64,000 nt of DNA, from assembly GCA_002633005.1 (NCBI GenBank), contig NMRA01000127.1, forward strand, positions 124,001 to 188,000. The letters run 5' to 3'. Shown here piece by piece: positions 60,044 to 64,000 of the stretch (positions are counted from its first letter, which is position 1; each line of letters opens with the position of its first letter). The DNA is from Phoronis australis. Its lineage: Eukaryota > Animalia > Phoronida. The position numbers and the translations under genes are program-made. A model generated the notes under the pieces. It was not told where the DNA came from. It did not search any database and saw only the letters and a program-made list of their open reading frames with translations.

Positions 60044-62744
60044 GCCTTACTTAGACGTTAAGGTGCCTCTTAGAATACGGTCCTCATGATTTTGAAACTG
60101 TGTAGTTGTCTTCCCACTCGAAAGAGGACGTCATGTTGATTTTTGGTGGTCTCCGACTACTGTGAAACATCATAATGGCAATTTCTTTTTTATGAATCCC
60201 TTGCATTTTTTTAATTTTGCCAATACATTTCTATGAAATTGGGAATAAAGTTCGATGACGTTTGAACACATCTAGCTACCACTCTGTTCCCTTAGTTGTT
60301 GCAGTTTTATTTTTTACACTGTCTTCTGTATCTTTTAAGTTCCTTGACGTATTTTAATGAAATTTTGCGAACAGTATAAACTTGATACGTACATGTATGT
60401 GACTGTTGACAGCTGGTAAAAGACGAGACGGTGTAGATCACATAAGTCTATATTTTCTACATTTCCGCACGCACAATAAGGGCTGCAGGCAAGTTGTACA
60501 AGAAAACAAATGGTCTAAAGGTAAAGTAATATTTCAGAGGCATCCTTGACAAAATTAGTTGAGTACCACCCGAGCAAACTTGTAAAAATAAAGGTGGCGG
60601 TTCTTACTGATACAGTACTCTAATAATAATTTTACGCAAGTGCATCTTTTTAATCGAATCAGTTAAAAACCTCGTATTTCTGAGCCATGACATTGTGATG
60701 GGCATAAACTTTAACAAATATTTCAAATGGCAGTTGCACTGGAAAATTCTACATTTTACGTAATAAGAAGATGGCTCAACTTTGAACGTTTGTAAAAGCA
60801 CATGCGATCCTATCTGGCATGAAAACGAGCATTACGTTAAAATGGCTTAACAAAGAAAAGTATTTGACAATATTAGTAAAAACAACGAGATTTTACAACT
60901 CGTACATCAACATCAGGACAAGCAATCAAGGTCATTTACAATCTTGATCCACACAGTGTACATTAGATCTAATAGGATGCATCATAATTGCAAAACATCA
61001 ATGACAACGCTTATGCTTAGAACTTCCATCTGTCAACAGTACAGATAACATGGTTTAAGGAAACGACAGAACTTAGGGCTGTCGCAAAAAGAAACTGTAG
61101 ACAAGCTCAGGTATCCCTTTTGGTGTCATTACTAGCGTTATAGGCACCTTTGGCATTTGGGCTCGCGCTTCCTAACAATTATTCAGGCGGTGTTGATGTG
61201 ATTGGTTTCATGGCAGACACATATCGATGTCAGGGAAACAACATGGTTATACATTCACAAAGGGGTCACTAATGGCTTAGTGGTGAAACGAAAAACTGTG
61301 TGAATCCTTCTTTCTGCCGTCGATCAAGATTGTGTGGCAAATGCGATGCGCCATCAGTGAGGACAATTAAGTCGTAATCTCGGGAACCTAAGTTAATTAA
61401 AAGAGAAACGCACGATGTCATCTTTAGGCCACTCATCAGATTTTACCCCAAAATGTATGAGGGGCAATTTTACAGGAAGCGGTAAATTTTCAAGACAAAA
61501 AATATGCCAGTTATAAATCATTCCACTTAGATAGACAAATAATCTATATGTCAAAAAATCTGTGATATTTTTGTACTCAGTTTTTGCTGAAATGCTCTTG
61601 CAGTCATTCGTTAGAGTTGACCAACCGCGAGTTGTTGTTTGTTTTCATTTTCTTGTTCCCGTTACGGTATGTACTATTGAGACCAGCTTTGTGAGAGTAA
61701 CAAGCCCACTTCGATTTTCGATTATAGCATACTAAATAACACGAAAGGCAACATTAAATCCAGTCGTAAAACAAAAAGTATGAAATCAATCTAGTCATAC
61801 AAATGTTCATGTCCTAGAATGAGATGTAGCTGCTACTAATTGCCATAAGCGTTGACACATTTAAAGATGATATGTCTCATTAAATTGTGAATCTGCAAAT
61901 GAAGTTCTAGATTATAAAAAACCCAGTCGTCCAGTGTGTCGGACACCATTCGAGAACCAGTTACCATTACAATCACGCAAAGTACTCCTTTTAAGAGACC
62001 ACTTTTATGTAAAAGAGTATGGTATTAATTCATCGTTACCCTAATGACACAAGGCACAGATTTTATCATTTGTTTCTTTCGCTATCAAATATCGTTTGCG
62101 TACTATTTGCAATTATTACTTTTTCTATTTGTTAACAGTTGTTTTTAAGTGTATCAATTGTGGTGTTTTCTTTAAAACCGCAATTTATTTACAAATTGTT
62201 CCCTTCCTGGTTATTCGCAGTTCTCCAGCATGCCACTAGGTGGCGTGTGATACAAATTTAAATATTCAGGGTTTTAATGAGACATAAAATCTTTAATCCT
62301 GGCGCTGATTCAGGGAAGGATCTAGGGGCTCTCACGTTGGACCCTTTGAACGCAATCATGCATATGTGGGTGTAAACAATCGACAGCGATACTAGACAAC
62401 ATGCAATTTACTTAACACAACCTGAAAATATAAAATGTAAAGGATTTTGTAGCTAGCTTTATCTTTTTAGTATAATAAAATGATAATTTCCACGAGCAAC
62501 CTATTGCAAACTAATTTCCTTAGATAAAAGTAAAACTAGTGTTTAATACTCAGATAGCAGTTAAACAAAAAGTGTTCTGCAGAGTCGATAAGTGACGGTT
62601 CCAATCTTGAAAAGTTTTGAAGAGGGTTCAGCGTCAAATCAGGCAAGATCACTTTACCGATACAACGTCGAGTTCGAAATTATTTGAAGCAGTATTTGTA
62701 CTACCTTCAGATGCTGAAATCATTGTGGTGTTAGAGACTCTAGC

Positions 62745-64000
62745 CTAGGACGCTGCTGTAGATGTCCTTCGGCAACATGGCCACATGTTCACAAAATCTC
62801 TTCGAAACCTCTTTCCACTTGCACAGTATAGAAGAAAATTTATGCTGTGGTTTATATCAAGACAGAAACATGCAATTTTGTAGAACAGGCGGTACGTGGC
62901 CAGATCTCCCGACGTAAAACAAAAATATTCGGTTATCATGAATGCTGCAAACGGGAGCATGAGGATCGTGAAAGAAACCGATACTGTTAACGACATTCTA
63001 GTAATCTGGTTCTGTTGCTTCCTTGCCTCGACGTCCATTTTGCTGTTATTCGTCATTTGCGCTCTTTTACGAGCCGCAGCTGATGTCAGCGATATTATGA
63101 TTCCGTTAAGAATGCAAAGCATTATCACGGGAATGACAGAGTACAAAGCAGTCACCAACCACATGAAAGCTTCCATGATCACTTTATCCGGTGGCTGACA
63201 ATAACATCTCGAACCAGTTCTTACGATGTATGTATGGTAGAATAAGAAGGTGTGGGAATTGATGATAATTGAGAACATTGAAAGAGAAATCACACAAGTG
63301 ACCGCGTTTTTGACATTACAAATGGATGAAGCTTTAAGTGGAAAAGCCACAACGATGCAGCGTTCGCACGTCATGGCCAAAACCGTCCACACCGACATGG
63401 AAGCAGCAAAGAAAACGATGAAGTAGATAATTTGACAATCATTTTCCGTTCTGAACAAATTTAGGCCACCTTCGTGCATCTTCACACGGAATACGTTCGA
63501 TATCATGAATGTTGTATCAAAGATTGATAACATAGCCATGTAGAAACACGACGAGTTTTTACGAATTCTTTTTCGTATAACCAAGAAAGACAAAAGATTT
63601 CCTACAAACGCTAAGGCTGGGAGAAAATAGTATGCGAAGATCGGCACCTTGAACGTGTCCAAGATATAGAAGATATGGTAAAAAGGGGCATTTATTGTTT
63701 CGTTCGTGCAGTTTAGAGCGGTGCCGTTAAAGTAATCGAATGACCACCGGTTCATGGTGAAATTCACATCAGACCAAATGAAGTTATTATACTCTGAACA
63801 ATTGAAGACGGTCACTTGCTGAAAATGCCGAGTCGGCGAGGTATGTTGAGAAAACTCTGTTGTTTGAATCCAATTGTTATTTGACGTGGCAAAGGTCGCA
63901 CCTGTGTTGCTTTCCGCTATAGTTGACCATGGTGTAACGCTGCGGTGGTTTTGGGTTGCCATTTCTTGAGTGGTTGTTGCGTTTTCGCCATTGTTGTCTT
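62745..64000 (-). CDS. Class A GPCR, paralogue of 19789-21174; frame open to the window edge, so the start may lie upstream
   Basis: Shares YYFLPALAFVGNLLSFLVIRKRIRK, MSVWTVLAMTCERC and NHSINFLLY..SGKRFRRDF; the frame before M63962 reads DNNGENATTTQE, similar to copy 1 DNTTSTQD. Confidence 0.92.
   Translation of the reverse strand, partial: DNNGENATTTQEMATQNHRSVTPWSTIAESNTGATFATSNNNWIQTTEFSQHTSPTRHFQQVTVFNCSEYNNFIWSDVNFTMNRWSFDYFNGTALNCTNETINAPFYHIFYILDTFKVPIFAYYFLPALAFVGNLLSFLVIRKRIRKNSSCFYMAMLSIFDTTFMISNVFRVKMHEGGLNLFRTENDCQIIYFIVFFAASMSVWTVLAMTCERCIVVAFPLKASSICNVKNAVTCVISLSMFSIIINSHTFLFYHTYIVRTGSRCYCQPPDKVIMEAFMWLVTALYSVIPVIMLCILNGIIISLTSAAARKRAQMTNNSKMDVEARKQQNQITRMSLTVSVSFTILMLPFAAFMITEYFCFTSGDLATYRLFYKIACFCLDINHSINFLLYCASGKRFRRDFVNMWPCCRRTSTAAS

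Noticed and set aside
59823-60089. CV-rich and TH-rich ORFs
   Set aside because: Translations of the CA microsatellite.

Overview
AT-rich, intron- and transposon-rich animal DNA, most consistent with a marine invertebrate, with one assembly gap (6104-6702). It holds two related cassettes, each with a (+) strand membrane adenylyl cyclase converging on a (-) strand peptide-type class A GPCR. Cassette 1 has the 3' half of an ADCY3-like gene (exons 976-13085, 5' part outside the window) and an intact single-exon FMRFamide/sex-peptide-receptor-like GPCR (19789-21174). Cassette 2 has a non-processed pseudogene of the cyclase (about 32576-51632, introns retained, splice sites destroyed, 11.3 kb nested transposon insertion) and a diverged GPCR paralogue (62745 to beyond 64000) whose in-frame TAG is followed by a still-homologous tail. 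The insertion contains a Gypsy LTR element whose protease-RT region is replaced by a CR1/L2-type LINE and which is split by an AT-TSD DNA transposon, plus a THAP remnant. Other repeats include Harbinger- and hAT5-like MITEs, Tx1-, RTE- and Penelope-like fragments, hairpins, satellites and three copies of a Polinton-like fragment. I see no prokaryotic system such as CRISPR. The best candidates for new biology are the duplicated cyclase-GPCR module, the GPCR stop/tail arrangement and the LTR/LINE chimera; all need external checks. Assignments are by eye from recalled family motifs, with no searches run.
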